64,000 nt of DNA from an uncultured Chloroflexia bacterium (GTDB lineage Bacteria > Chloroflexota > Limnocylindria > Limnocylindrales > CSP1-4): assembly GCA_963746845.1 (NCBI GenBank), contig CAVVCZ010000004.1:1056001-1120000 (forward strand). The letters are read 5' to 3'. A model generated the notes under the pieces. It saw only the letters and a program-made list of their open reading frames with translations, was not told where the DNA came from and ran no database searches. The position numbers were made by a program, and so were the translations under genes. Shown piece by piece: positions 25,751 to 34,305 of this stretch; positions within the stretch are counted from its first letter, which is position 1, and every line of letters begins with the position of its first letter.

Positions 25751-25826
25751 TGGTGGGCGATACTGGATTCGAACCAGTGACCCCGCGGATGTGAACCGCG
25801 TGCTCTAACCACTGAGCCAATCGCCC
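25751..25826 (-). tRNA. tRNA-Val (CAC)
   Basis: Minus-strand GGGCGAT...CGCGG TT CAC AT CCGCG...GGTTCGAATCC...ATCGCCC ACCA; 76 nt with encoded CCA. Confidence 0.97.
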
Positions 25827-25864
25827 GGGGCGACGAGCCGCTCAGGGTCCGCCGACGCGCTCGA

Positions 25865-26146
25865 TCATACCCGCAGCCCCGGCCAGCGGGCAATGACCGC
25901 GGCCGGGTCCAGCCCGTCCACGACGATCAGCTTCTGGCGGCCCGTGGCCCCTGCGACGAGGCGGACGGACCGGCGCGGGACGGCCAGCTCGTCGGCCAGG
26001 AGGCGGAGCAGCGACTGGTTCGCCGCGCCCGCGACGGCCGGTGCCGCGACGTGCGCGCGCAGGACGCCGTCGACGACGCCGTCGACGTGGTCCGACCCGG
26101 ATCGAGGTGTCAGTCGGACGGCGAAACGGACGTCGGTGTCAGCCAG
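25865..26146 (-). CDS. yggU: DUF167/YggU family protein (not in the ORF track; CTG start)
   Basis: Hand translation gives LADTDVRFAVRLTPRSGSD...LRAHVAAPAVAGAANQSLLRLLADELAVPRRSVRLVAGATGRQKLIVV...; follows yggT. Confidence 0.85.
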   Translation of the reverse strand: MADTDVRFAVRLTPRSGSDHVDGVVDGVLRAHVAAPAVAGAANQSLLRLLADELAVPRRSVRLVAGATGRQKLIVVDGLDPAAVIARWPGLRV

Positions 26147-26149
26147 GAC

Positions 26150-26392
26150 TCAGATCAACCGGAGCAGGACGGTCAGGACGATGAGCACGATCATCGGCGA
26201 CAGGTCGATCGCGCCCGTCGAGGGGAGGGCGCGGCGGACCGGGGCGAGGATCGGCTCGGTCGTCTGGAAGACGAAGGCCGTGAGCTGGGAGCGTCCGCCC
26301 GGGTCGACCCACGTCAGGAGAACGCGCCCGAGGATCAACAGCGTGAACGCGAGGAGCGCGAGCTGGATCAGGTTGCCCACGAACAGACCCAT
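26150..26392 (-). CDS. yggT: YggT family membrane protein
   Basis: RVLLTWV, TEPILAPVRRALP, IDLSPM. Confidence 0.92.
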   Translation of the reverse strand: MGLFVGNLIQLALLAFTLLILGRVLLTWVDPGGRSQLTAFVFQTTEPILAPVRRALPSTGAIDLSPMIVLIVLTVLLRLI

Positions 26393-26435
26393 GATTCGAG
26401 TCTAGCAGCGATCCGTGCGCGTCCCGTCTGGCCCG

Positions 26436-27158
26436 TCAGTGCGGATGGTCGTGCACGTGCGGCCGATCTCCGAACAGCGCCCGGCCCACCCGGACGATCG
26501 TGGCGCCCTCCTCGACCGCGACCTCGAAGTCGTCGGTCATCCCCATCGAGAGCTCCCGGCCGAGCCCGGGCCACCCGCTCCTCACGCGGACGGACAGCTC
26601 GCGCAGCCCGGCGAACGTCGGCCGGGCGTCATCCGGGTGGTCGACGAGCCGCCCGACCGTCATGAGGCCGCGCACGTCGACGTGCTCGAGGCCGCGAAGC
26701 GCGGCGCCCGCAGCGTCGAGCGCCTCGGGCGCGAACCCGGACTTCGCGGGATCGCGATCGACGTTGACCTGGAGGAGCACGGGGAGCGGCACGTCCGGGC
26801 GGATCTCACCCGCGAGACGGTCGAGGCGCTCTGCGAGCTCGATCGAATCCACGGTCTGGATCATCGCGAAGGTCTCGAGCGCCCGGCGGGCCTTGTTCGA
26901 CTGGAGCGGCCCGACCAGGTGCCAGACGGCGCCGGCGATCTCGGGCGCCTTCGTCTCGGCCTCCTGGACCCGGTTCTCGCCGAGGACCGTCAGGCCGGCC
27001 TCGACGGCCGCACGGATCCGCTCGACCGGCACGGTCTTCGTGACCGCCACGAGGGTGACGCCGGCGGGGTCCCGCCGCGCGCGCGCGCAGGCACGCTCGA
27101 TCCGCTCGAGGACGTGCGCTCGTGCGTGGACGATCGCGGCGCGATCAGCCGGGTCGAT
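26436..27158 (-). CDS. yggS: PLP homeostasis protein YggS (inferred ATC start)
   Basis: RDP..VTLVAVTK, GENRVQEA, WHLVGPLQSNK, GLMT, LSMGMTDDF, VRVGRALFG. Confidence 0.93.
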   Translation of the reverse strand: MDPADRAAIVHARAHVLERIERACARARRDPAGVTLVAVTKTVPVERIRAAVEAGLTVLGENRVQEAETKAPEIAGAVWHLVGPLQSNKARRALETFAMIQTVDSIELAERLDRLAGEIRPDVPLPVLLQVNVDRDPAKSGFAPEALDAAGAALRGLEHVDVRGLMTVGRLVDHPDDARPTFAGLRELSVRVRSGWPGLGRELSMGMTDDFEVAVEEGATIVRVGRALFGDRPHVHDHPH

Positions 27159-27179
27159 GGGGCGATCCCCCGGGCGACG

Positions 27180-28421
27180 CTACTTCCGGCGGAGGAACGA
27201 AGGGATCTCGAGATCGTCCGCGTCGTACGTCGTGGGCCGCTTCGGAGCCGGGACGTCGCCGACGGTCCGCTGGACGCTGGACGGCGCCATCACCGCCGCC
27301 GCCGCCGCCGCGGCCTGGTCCGTTCGGCCGGGGTCGTTCGTGCCGTTGCCGGACTCCTGGCGCTGGCGCTCGAGCTCCTCGAGGAAGTCACGCTCGCGCG
27401 GCGCCCGGACCGACGCGTCGGCGCCGGCCGGCTGGGCCGACTGTGCATGGCGGCTGGAGTCGCGCTTGCGGCTGCCGTCGAAGCCGGTGGCGATGACGGT
27501 GATCATCACCTCTTCGCCGAGCCGCTCGTTGAAGCTCGTCCCGAAGATGATGTTCGCCTCGGGGTCCGCGGCCGCGCGGATCTCCTCGGCTGCCTCGGTG
27601 ACCTCGAACAGGCTGAGGTTCGCCGAGCCGGTGATGTTGAACAGGATCCCCTGGGCGCCGGTGATGTTGACCTCGAGGAGCGGGCTCGCGATCGCCTGGC
27701 GGGCGGCCTCGACGGCGCGGTTCTCGCCGGTCGCCCGGCCGATCCCCATCAATGCCGACCCGGCGTCCTTCATGATTGCCCGCACGTCGGCGAAGTCGAG
27801 GTTGATCAGCCCGGGCATGGTGATGATGTCGCTGATCCCCTGGACGCCCTGGCGGAGGACGTCGTCGACGACCCGGAACGCATCGATGATCGAGGTGTTC
27901 TTCTGGACGACGTCCTTCAGGCGGTCGTTCGGGATCGTGATCAGCGTGTCGACCTGGCCCTTGAGCTCCTCGGCCGCCTTCTCGGCGACGAGCTTGCGCT
28001 TGGCCCCCTCGAACGCGAACGGCTTCGTGACGACGCCGATCGTCAGCGCCCCGGCCTCCTTCGCGATCTGCGCGACGATCGGAGCGGCGCCGGAGCCCGT
28101 CCCACCGCCGAGCCCCGCGGTGATGAAGACCATGTCCGAGTCGGTGAGGGCCTCGGCGATCTTCTCGGAGTCCTCCTCCGCCGCCCGGGCACCGATCGCG
28201 CTGTCGCCGCCGGCCCCGAGGCCGCGGGTGATCTTGTCGCCGATCCGGATCTTGTGCGGCGCGTCCGACTGGAGCAGTGCCTGGGCGTCCGTGTTGCAGG
28301 CGATGAACTCGACGCCCATCATCTCCGCCCGGATCATCCGGTTGACGGCGTTGCTCCCTCCGCCACCGACGCCGATGACGCGAATCAGCGCGAAGTTCTC
28401 GGAATCGGACCGCAGCGGCAT
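27180..28421 (-). CDS. ftsZ: Cell division protein FtsZ
   Basis: [19 protein letters not shown] tubulin signature, INLDFAD, C-terminal [11 protein letters not shown]. Confidence 0.99.
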   Translation of the reverse strand: MPLRSDSENFALIRVIGVGGGGSNAVNRMIRAEMMGVEFIACNTDAQALLQSDAPHKIRIGDKITRGLGAGGDSAIGARAAEEDSEKIAEALTDSDMVFITAGLGGGTGSGAAPIVAQIAKEAGALTIGVVTKPFAFEGAKRKLVAEKAAEELKGQVDTLITIPNDRLKDVVQKNTSIIDAFRVVDDVLRQGVQGISDIITMPGLINLDFADVRAIMKDAGSALMGIGRATGENRAVEAARQAIASPLLEVNITGAQGILFNITGSANLSLFEVTEAAEEIRAAADPEANIIFGTSFNERLGEEVMITVIATGFDGSRKRDSSRHAQSAQPAGADASVRAPRERDFLEELERQRQESGNGTNDPGRTDQAAAAAAAVMAPSSVQRTVGDVPAPKRPTTYDADDLEIPSFLRRK

Positions 28422-28556
28422 CGCCTTCCTCCGGGGCTTGTCGTGGCTCGGTTGTGACGGTCGGGCGACTTGCGTACGGCCGTCGGGTGCTCTCGCGGGT
28501 GACCGCCGAACCTCGCCCGGGGGCCGTGCCTCACGAGGGTCCGTCGGATTTGCCGG

Positions 28557-28565
28557 AGTCTACCA
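28557..28565 (-). promoter_or_regulatory. Putative extended -10 promoter for ftsZ
   Basis: TGgTAGACT on the minus strand about 135 nt upstream of the ftsZ ATG. Confidence 0.4.
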
Positions 28566-28691
28566 CCGGCCTGTGCGGATCGGGAGTGCCGACCCAGGCG
28601 GCCCCTGACGCCCAATACGGCATTCACCCGATGGACAGCGCGACGCGTCGGCTGCCAGCCTGCCGCCCCGGTACCGGCACTGGGACCTCGG

Positions 28692-29372
28692 GTGGAGAGA
28701 GCGCGCGTGGGACATCGACAACGGGCACCTCGGGCCGCTGCTTCGGCGCTCCTGATCGCGATGGCGATCGGGGCGGCGGGCACGACCGGCATGTCCGTCG
28801 TCCTTGCGGCCGACGCCCCGGCGGCCCTCGCGGTGAGCGGGAGCCTCCACGACGCGCACGGCGCGCCGCTTGGCGGGATCCGGCTCGTGATCGCCCAGGA
28901 GCTGCCACCGGACGGCGGTCTCGCGGGTTCCGAGGTGGTGACCGGACGCGACGGAACCTTCGTCGCGGAGCTCGCGGCGTGGGGCACGACCGACGCTCCG
29001 GCGGTCCTGACGATCCGGACGGCGCCCGGGGCGCGCGTCGAGGTGCTCGGGGCGCGCTGCAATCGGACCGTCGACGTGACGGTCGTCGACACGCGTGATG
29101 TTGCGCTGGCGAACGCGACGGCGCCGCCGCCGATCGACCTGGTCGCGGAGACGACGCTCATCGGCGAGATCTGCGGGACGACCGCGACCCCGCCCGCCGA
29201 CGCGCCGACCCACCATGCCGCCCATGTCACACCGCCGCCGACCGACACGAACCCACCGGCCATTGGGGGTCCGTCGGAGCGCCTGGCCACAGCGCTCCTC
29301 GTGGGGTTCGTCGTCGGCCTGGCGGCGGCCTTCCTCCTGCTCGTCCCTCGTCCGGGGGCACGGCGCGACTGA
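28692..29372 (+). CDS. Hypothetical exported protein with a C-terminal membrane anchor
   Basis: Signal-peptide-like N-terminus, carboxypeptidase-regulatory/Ig-like pattern (VSG.L.D..GAPL.G...T..DGTF), then TPPPTDT, a TM helix and an RPGARRD tail; start codon uncertain. Confidence 0.7.
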   Translation: MERARVGHRQRAPRAAASALLIAMAIGAAGTTGMSVVLAADAPAALAVSGSLHDAHGAPLGGIRLVIAQELPPDGGLAGSEVVTGRDGTFVAELAAWGTTDAPAVLTIRTAPGARVEVLGARCNRTVDVTVVDTRDVALANATAPPPIDLVAETTLIGEICGTTATPPADAPTHHAAHVTPPPTDTNPPAIGGPSERLATALLVGFVVGLAAAFLLLVPRPGARRD

Positions 29373-29403
29373 CGGCCGTCTCGCGCGCGCTACCCGCCGG
29401 TCG

Positions 29404-29817
29404 TCAGCCGGGGATGAAGCTCAGGACCACCGTCCGGTCCGCATTGTCCGCGTTCGGGTCGAGGAGCGCGATCGACTGCCACGTCCCGAGCCCCAGCTCG
29501 CCCGCGATCACGGGAACCGTGATCGATGGGGCCGCCAGGAGTGGCAGGACGTGGTCGGCGCCATGACCGGCGGACCCGTGGCGATGACGCCAGCGGTCGT
29601 CGCGCGGAAGCAGCCGATCGAGCGCCTCGAGCGCGTCATCGTCGGAGCCGGCGCCGAGCTCGAGGATGACGACCCCGGCCGTCGCGTGCGGGACGAACAC
29701 GGACAGGAGGCCGTCGCGGCCGTCTGACGCTTCGGCGACGAACCGGCGGCAGGCGCCGGTCAGGTCTGTGAAGCCGCGCTCGGTGCCGGTGCGGACGGCC
29801 AGCCGGACATGCGTCAT
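29404..29817 (-). CDS. yjbQ: YjbQ/UPF0047 family protein (secondary thiamine-phosphate synthase)
   Basis: FVPHATAG, HRHGS.GHGADH, LGTWQSI. Confidence 0.9.
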   Translation of the reverse strand: MTHVRLAVRTGTERGFTDLTGACRRFVAEASDGRDGLLSVFVPHATAGVVILELGAGSDDDALEALDRLLPRDDRWRHRHGSAGHGADHVLPLLAAPSITVPVIAGELGLGTWQSIALLDPNADNADRTVVLSFIPG

Positions 29818-30479
29818 CCGGCGGGTGACGGGACCCGCGGCCGGCCCGCCCGCCACGCCCAATCCCGCGTGCCGGAGATCCCGTCCATGCTCATCGCGAG
29901 CTCGCCCGGCCCGACGTAGAACCAGCACGTCGTCGGCCAGGTCAGCGGGCCCAGGGCGACGAGCCGGGTGAGGTCGGCGACGAGATCGTCCGGCGTCGGC
30001 GGCCGCGAGGGCGGCGTGTCGGACGGCAGGAGGATCGGCCCGGGCTCGACCGGACCCGCCTGCCGGTCACAGCCCTGGAAGACCAGCTCGAGGAGCGTCA
30101 TCTTCAGGAGGAAGCGCGAGATCCGCGGATCGGCGATGCGCCGCCCGTCGAGGTCGCTCTCGACCCACACCCGCGGATCCGGCAGATCGGTGTCCGCCTG
30201 CGAGAACCCCCACGACGCGCGGCCCTGCCGGTCCTCGAGGAACCGCCCGAGACCCGCCACGGCCTCGACCTCGGCGGGCGACCGGAGCCGGGTCTGGCGG
30301 AACGTTCCGGGCCAGCCCGCCAGGATGCCCAGGCCCGAGGCGAGGGCCGCCGGCAGCCGGATCGAGGGCGGTCCGGAGCGCGGGTCCCGGGACAGGCCGA
30401 GCCAACCCGTCAACAGTCGCGCCAGCACGTCAGGCGGCGGCTCGAGCAGCAGGTCGAGCGGGAACCGATCCACGGTCAT
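29814..30479 (-). CDS. Hypothetical protein, possibly SMI1/KNR4 (SUKH)-like
   Basis: GGAGGT SD; RLPAAL...FLEDRQG..SWG......DPRVW...ISRFLL pattern; stop overlaps the yjbQ ATG. Confidence 0.55.
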   Translation of the reverse strand: MTVDRFPLDLLLEPPPDVLARLLTGWLGLSRDPRSGPPSIRLPAALASGLGILAGWPGTFRQTRLRSPAEVEAVAGLGRFLEDRQGRASWGFSQADTDLPDPRVWVESDLDGRRIADPRISRFLLKMTLLELVFQGCDRQAGPVEPGPILLPSDTPPSRPPTPDDLVADLTRLVALGPLTWPTTCWFYVGPGELAMSMDGISGTRDWAWRAGRPRVPSPAG

Positions 30480-30515
30480 CAGCTCGCAACCTCCGCGTCC
30501 ACCTGCGTGCCGTCC

Positions 30516-31748
30516 CTAGGGAAAGATGCTCCTGATCGCGTCGCGGAGCCGGCCGAGCCCACCCGACGCCGGCGCGGACTCGTAGCGCATCGGCTCGTCG
30601 GCGTCGATCGCCGACGCCCCCCACAACAGCAGCCCGACCGCCGTCGAGTAGCCGGGGTTCAGGATCGTGTCCACGAGCCCGCCGATCCCGGTCGGCGCGG
30701 CGATCCGGACGGGGATGCCGAGCACCTCGCGCCCGAGCTCCGCGGTCCCCGCCAGCTGCGCGCCGCCGCCGGTCAGGATGATCCCGGCGGGCAGCATCCC
30801 CGCGCCGCCGCGGGCCATCTCGGCCCGCATCAGCTCGAACGTCTCGCGCATCCGCGCCTCGATGATCTCGCACACCTCGAGCCGGCGGATCGTCCGGCCC
30901 GCGTCCTCGCCGAGGACGGTGACCGTGATCTCCTCGTCGTCCTCGACCGCCTCGAGATTGCACGTCCCGTGCGAGATCTTCAGCTCCTCGGCGACCTGGA
31001 GGCTCGTCTTCAGCCCGAGCGCGACGTCGTTCGTGACGTTGTTGCCGCCGATCGGGAGGACAGCCGTCCGGAACGGCGAGCCGTCCGCGAACATCGCCAG
31101 GTCGATCGTCCCGGCGCCGATGTCCGCGACCGCGACGCCGAGCTCCTTCTCCGTCTCGGACAGGACGCTGTCCGCGGAGGCGAGGGCGGACGCGACGAGC
31201 TCGTCGATCTTCACGCCGGCCGCGTTCACGCACTTCGACAGGTTCTGGACCGCGGTTGCCGCGCCCGTGACGATGTGGACCTCGACCTCGAGCCGCAGGG
31301 CGCTCATCCCGAGCGGGTCCTTGACCCCCTCCTGGCCGTCCACCTTGAACCCGCGGCGCTCGACGTGGAGCACCACCTGGTTCGACGGGATCGAGACGGC
31401 CCGGGCGACCTCGACGGCGCGGTTGACGTCCTCGCGGCTGACTTCCTTGCGCTGGCCACTGACCGCGACCTGGCCGGGCGAGTTCAGGCTCTCGACGTGC
31501 TGGCCGCCGACCGACACGAACGCGCGATCGATCTTCCAGCCCGACAGCCGCTCGGCACGCTCGACCGACTCCGCGATGGACCGCACGGTCTGGTCGATGT
31601 TGACGACGACGCCCTTCTTCAAGCCGGACGAGGCGACGGTCCCGTGGCCCATGATCGTCATCCGGCCGTCGCGGCTGACCTCGCCGATCAGCGTGCAGAC
31701 CTTCGACGTGCCGACGTCGATCCCGACGAGGACCGCTTCTCTCTCCAC
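30516..31748 (-). CDS. ftsA: Cell division protein FtsA
   Basis: GIDVGTSKV, GLKKGVVVNI, ADIGAGT, LTGGGAQL, YSTAVGLL; AGGAGG SD before GTG. Confidence 0.97.
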   Translation of the reverse strand: MEREAVLVGIDVGTSKVCTLIGEVSRDGRMTIMGHGTVASSGLKKGVVVNIDQTVRSIAESVERAERLSGWKIDRAFVSVGGQHVESLNSPGQVAVSGQRKEVSREDVNRAVEVARAVSIPSNQVVLHVERRGFKVDGQEGVKDPLGMSALRLEVEVHIVTGAATAVQNLSKCVNAAGVKIDELVASALASADSVLSETEKELGVAVADIGAGTIDLAMFADGSPFRTAVLPIGGNNVTNDVALGLKTSLQVAEELKISHGTCNLEAVEDDEEITVTVLGEDAGRTIRRLEVCEIIEARMRETFELMRAEMARGGAGMLPAGIILTGGGAQLAGTAELGREVLGIPVRIAAPTGIGGLVDTILNPGYSTAVGLLLWGASAIDADEPMRYESAPASGGLGRLRDAIRSIFP

Positions 31749-31771
31749 GTTCGTCGTCCGTGCCTCCTGGG

Positions 31772-32095
31772 TTAGACGAAGTGACGCCGGATCAGCGCCA
31801 CGTTGTTGAAGATCCGGAACCCGAAGTTGATCAGCGCCACCAGGTAGAGGTCGATGCTGAGGCGGTCGCCGATGAAGGTGAGGATGACCGCCACGATCGC
31901 ATTCGTGACGAACCCGCTGATGAAGATCCGATTGTCGTAGACGCCGTCGAGCTCGGCTCGGACGGCCCCGAGCACCGAATCGAGCGCTGCGAGGATCGCC
32001 ACTGCCACATAGCGGGTGAACTCGAAGCCGACATTGACGTTGAGGATGAGCCCGGCGGCGACACCCAACAGGAGACCCGCCAGGGGTAGGAACAC
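31772..32095 (-). CDS. sbp: Small basic protein Sbp (DUF1290)
   Basis: Y.AVAILAALDSVLGAVRA, FISGF..N, FGFRIFNN.A.IRR. Confidence 0.88.
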   Translation of the reverse strand: MFLPLAGLLLGVAAGLILNVNVGFEFTRYVAVAILAALDSVLGAVRAELDGVYDNRIFISGFVTNAIVAVILTFIGDRLSIDLYLVALINFGFRIFNNVALIRRHFV

Positions 32096-32273
32096 GCCTC
32101 GCCGCCCTCTTCGTGCGTTTGGCCAAGGCTACCCGACCCGAGGCCCCGCTGCCACGTCGCCGGTCTCGCGCCCGGCACTCCGGCCGTCGCCGCCGGCGAG
32201 GCTTGTGTCGCTCGCTGCGCGACCGACGAGGCCTCGCCTCTGGCGCAGCCTGCGGCCGGCCGCGGTCCCGGAA

Positions 32274-33149
32274 TCAAGGCCGGGGTGTCGTGGAGGGGCG
32301 CGGCGTGGACGGACGAGGGGTGGCCTTGGGAATGTAGGTGCCGTCGCGATCGTCGCCGAGGACCATGCTCTGGACGGTGTCCTCGCGTCCGGCCAGCAGG
32401 GCAGACAGAAGCTGGACCTGGCCCGGGATCAGCGCGGGCGTCCGGGTGCTCCGGCCGTAGAACCCGAAGACCGCCGACCAGCCCTTCGCGCCCGTGTCGA
32501 GGGTGAAGCCCTGCTCGTCGGTGATCGCGACCCGGAGCGCCGGGGCGTGGCTGCCGATCTGCCCGGGCGTGAGCGACGCGAGACGCTTGGCGGCGTCGAG
32601 GTCGACCGGGTCGAGGACCGACCGGATGCCGAGGGCGGCCGCGCTCGTCCGCTCGTCGTTGACGACCGGCAGTGACACGGCGCCCTCGGGGACCTCCTGG
32701 GCCAGGTCGGCGAAGACGAAGCCACCGTCGTCCACGGCGAATCGGTGCGCCCCGACCGCCCACACGACGACCGGCTTGCGCTCCGTGACCGCGACCCGGA
32801 GCACGTCCGGCAGCCCGACCGCGACCGACGCATCGCCGACCGACGGGATCCCGAGCAGCCGCTCGACGATCGGCCCGGTCGTGAGGGCCACGAGGTTCGT
32901 CCCCGGGTCGACGTCGACCTGCTCGCGGATCCGGTCGTCCGGGGTGACGACGTTGCCGCTGATCTCGAGCCGCTCGAAGCCGACCGCCGACGTGGTCGCG
33001 AGCCCGTAGGTCGCGCCCGCCGTGACCAGCATCGCGAGGATCGCCCCGGCGCGGATCGGTGTGAGCCGGGTCGAGGCGCGCCGGACCCGCGGTCGTCGCC
33101 GCGGCGTGCCGGCGGCGGCCCGGTAGCGGCGGGTCGCGGGCGACGTCAT
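32274..33149 (-). CDS. ftsQ: Cell division protein FtsQ/DivIB
   Basis: Basic N-terminus, one TM segment, POTRA-like LEISGN...LPDVLRVAVTER.P; lies between ddl and ftsA. Confidence 0.85.
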   Translation of the reverse strand: MTSPATRRYRAAAGTPRRRPRVRRASTRLTPIRAGAILAMLVTAGATYGLATTSAVGFERLEISGNVVTPDDRIREQVDVDPGTNLVALTTGPIVERLLGIPSVGDASVAVGLPDVLRVAVTERKPVVVWAVGAHRFAVDDGGFVFADLAQEVPEGAVSLPVVNDERTSAAALGIRSVLDPVDLDAAKRLASLTPGQIGSHAPALRVAITDEQGFTLDTGAKGWSAVFGFYGRSTRTPALIPGQVQLLSALLAGREDTVQSMVLGDDRDGTYIPKATPRPSTPRPSTTPRP

Positions 33150-33177
33150 CGGGCGCGATCCGCGCCGGCCATCGCCG

Positions 33178-34305
33178 TCATCGCGGCAGGTCCGCGATGC
33201 GCAACCGGCGCGCGGTCCGGTTCGCGTGTCGCTCGATCGCCAGATCGACGACCCGCGCGCAGACGTCGCCGAAGTCGTGGCCGCCGGCGGCGGGCATCGT
33301 CGGGAAGAGGCTGATCGGGGTGAAGCCCGGGATGGTGTTGATCTCCGACAGGAAGACGTCGTCGCCGCTCACGAGGAAGTCGATCCGGGCGAATCCCTCG
33401 GCGCCGATCGCCCGGTACGTGTCGCGGGCGATCTTCAGGATGGCCGCTCGCATCGGGGCCGGGACCTCCGCGCGGATCGACGTCTCGGACAGACCCGGCG
33501 TGTATTTCGCGGCATAGTCGTAGAACTCATGCCCGGCGAGGATCTCGCCCGGCCCGTACAGCTCGAGCCGGGCGTGGTCGTTCCCGATCACGCTGACCTC
33601 GAGATCGCGGGCTCCCGCGAGGTACGCCTCGGCCAGTGCGATCCGGTCATGGCGGAACGCCGTCTCCAGGGCGGCCGGGATCTCGGATGGCTCGTGGACG
33701 AGGGTGATCCCGACCGACGACCCGAGACCCGCTGGCTTGACCATCAGCCGGCCGGTCCCGGTCCCCCGCCCGAATGCCTCGAGCTCGGCCAGGACGGTAT
33801 CCGGCGCATCCCGCCAGCGGTCCGCCCGGACCTCAAGCCAGTCGACCACCGGAAGCCCGATCCCGCGGACCAGGCGCTTGAACACGGCCTTGTCCATGCC
33901 GATCGCCGATGCCGTGACCCCGGACCCGGTGTACGCCAGGTCGGCCGACTCGAGGAGCGCCTGGACCGTGCCGTCCTCGCCGAACGGGCCGTGCAGGGCG
34001 ATGAAGACGAGCGGCCGGGGCTCCTCCCCCGCCATCCGGTCGAGAGCCGCGCCCGCCGTCACGGGACCCGTGGCACCGAGGGCCACCGGGTCATCGTAGG
34101 CGGCCGGCGGGCGCTCGCCCCGTCGATGGTCCGCGGGCAGCCACCACCAGCGGCCGTTGAGGTCGATCAGGATCTGGCGGACGTCGTCGCCGCGCTCCCG
34201 CAATGCGTCCGCGATCGCCGTTCCCGACACGACCGACACGTCGTGCTCGGCGGACGGCCCACCCAGCAGCGCGACGATCGGCGGGTGGGCCGGCCGGTCC
34301 GTCAC
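33178..34305 (-). CDS. ddl: D-alanine--D-alanine ligase
   Basis: GGPSAEHDVS, LHGPFGEDG, GSSVG, FYDYAAKY, EINTIPGFT. Confidence 0.96.
   Translation of the reverse strand: MTDRPAHPPIVALLGGPSAEHDVSVVSGTAIADALRERGDDVRQILIDLNGRWWWLPADHRRGERPPAAYDDPVALGATGPVTAGAALDRMAGEEPRPLVFIALHGPFGEDGTVQALLESADLAYTGSGVTASAIGMDKAVFKRLVRGIGLPVVDWLEVRADRWRDAPDTVLAELEAFGRGTGTGRLMVKPAGLGSSVGITLVHEPSEIPAALETAFRHDRIALAEAYLAGARDLEVSVIGNDHARLELYGPGEILAGHEFYDYAAKYTPGLSETSIRAEVPAPMRAAILKIARDTYRAIGAEGFARIDFLVSGDDVFLSEINTIPGFTPISLFPTMPAAGGHDFGDVCARVVDLAIERHANRTARRLRIADLPR

Noticed and set aside
21989-25826. MoxR-DUF58-membrane operon ending at the tRNA-Val 3' end as a possible integrated island
   Set aside because: No integrase, no duplicated tRNA 3' end seen, and composition matches the flanks.
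27159-27182. Stop-codon reassignment (TAG or TGA read as sense) to explain the in-frame gene pairs
   Set aside because: TAG and TGA both end many genes at their expected C-termini, no conserved gene has an internal stop, and no suppressor tRNA is in the window.
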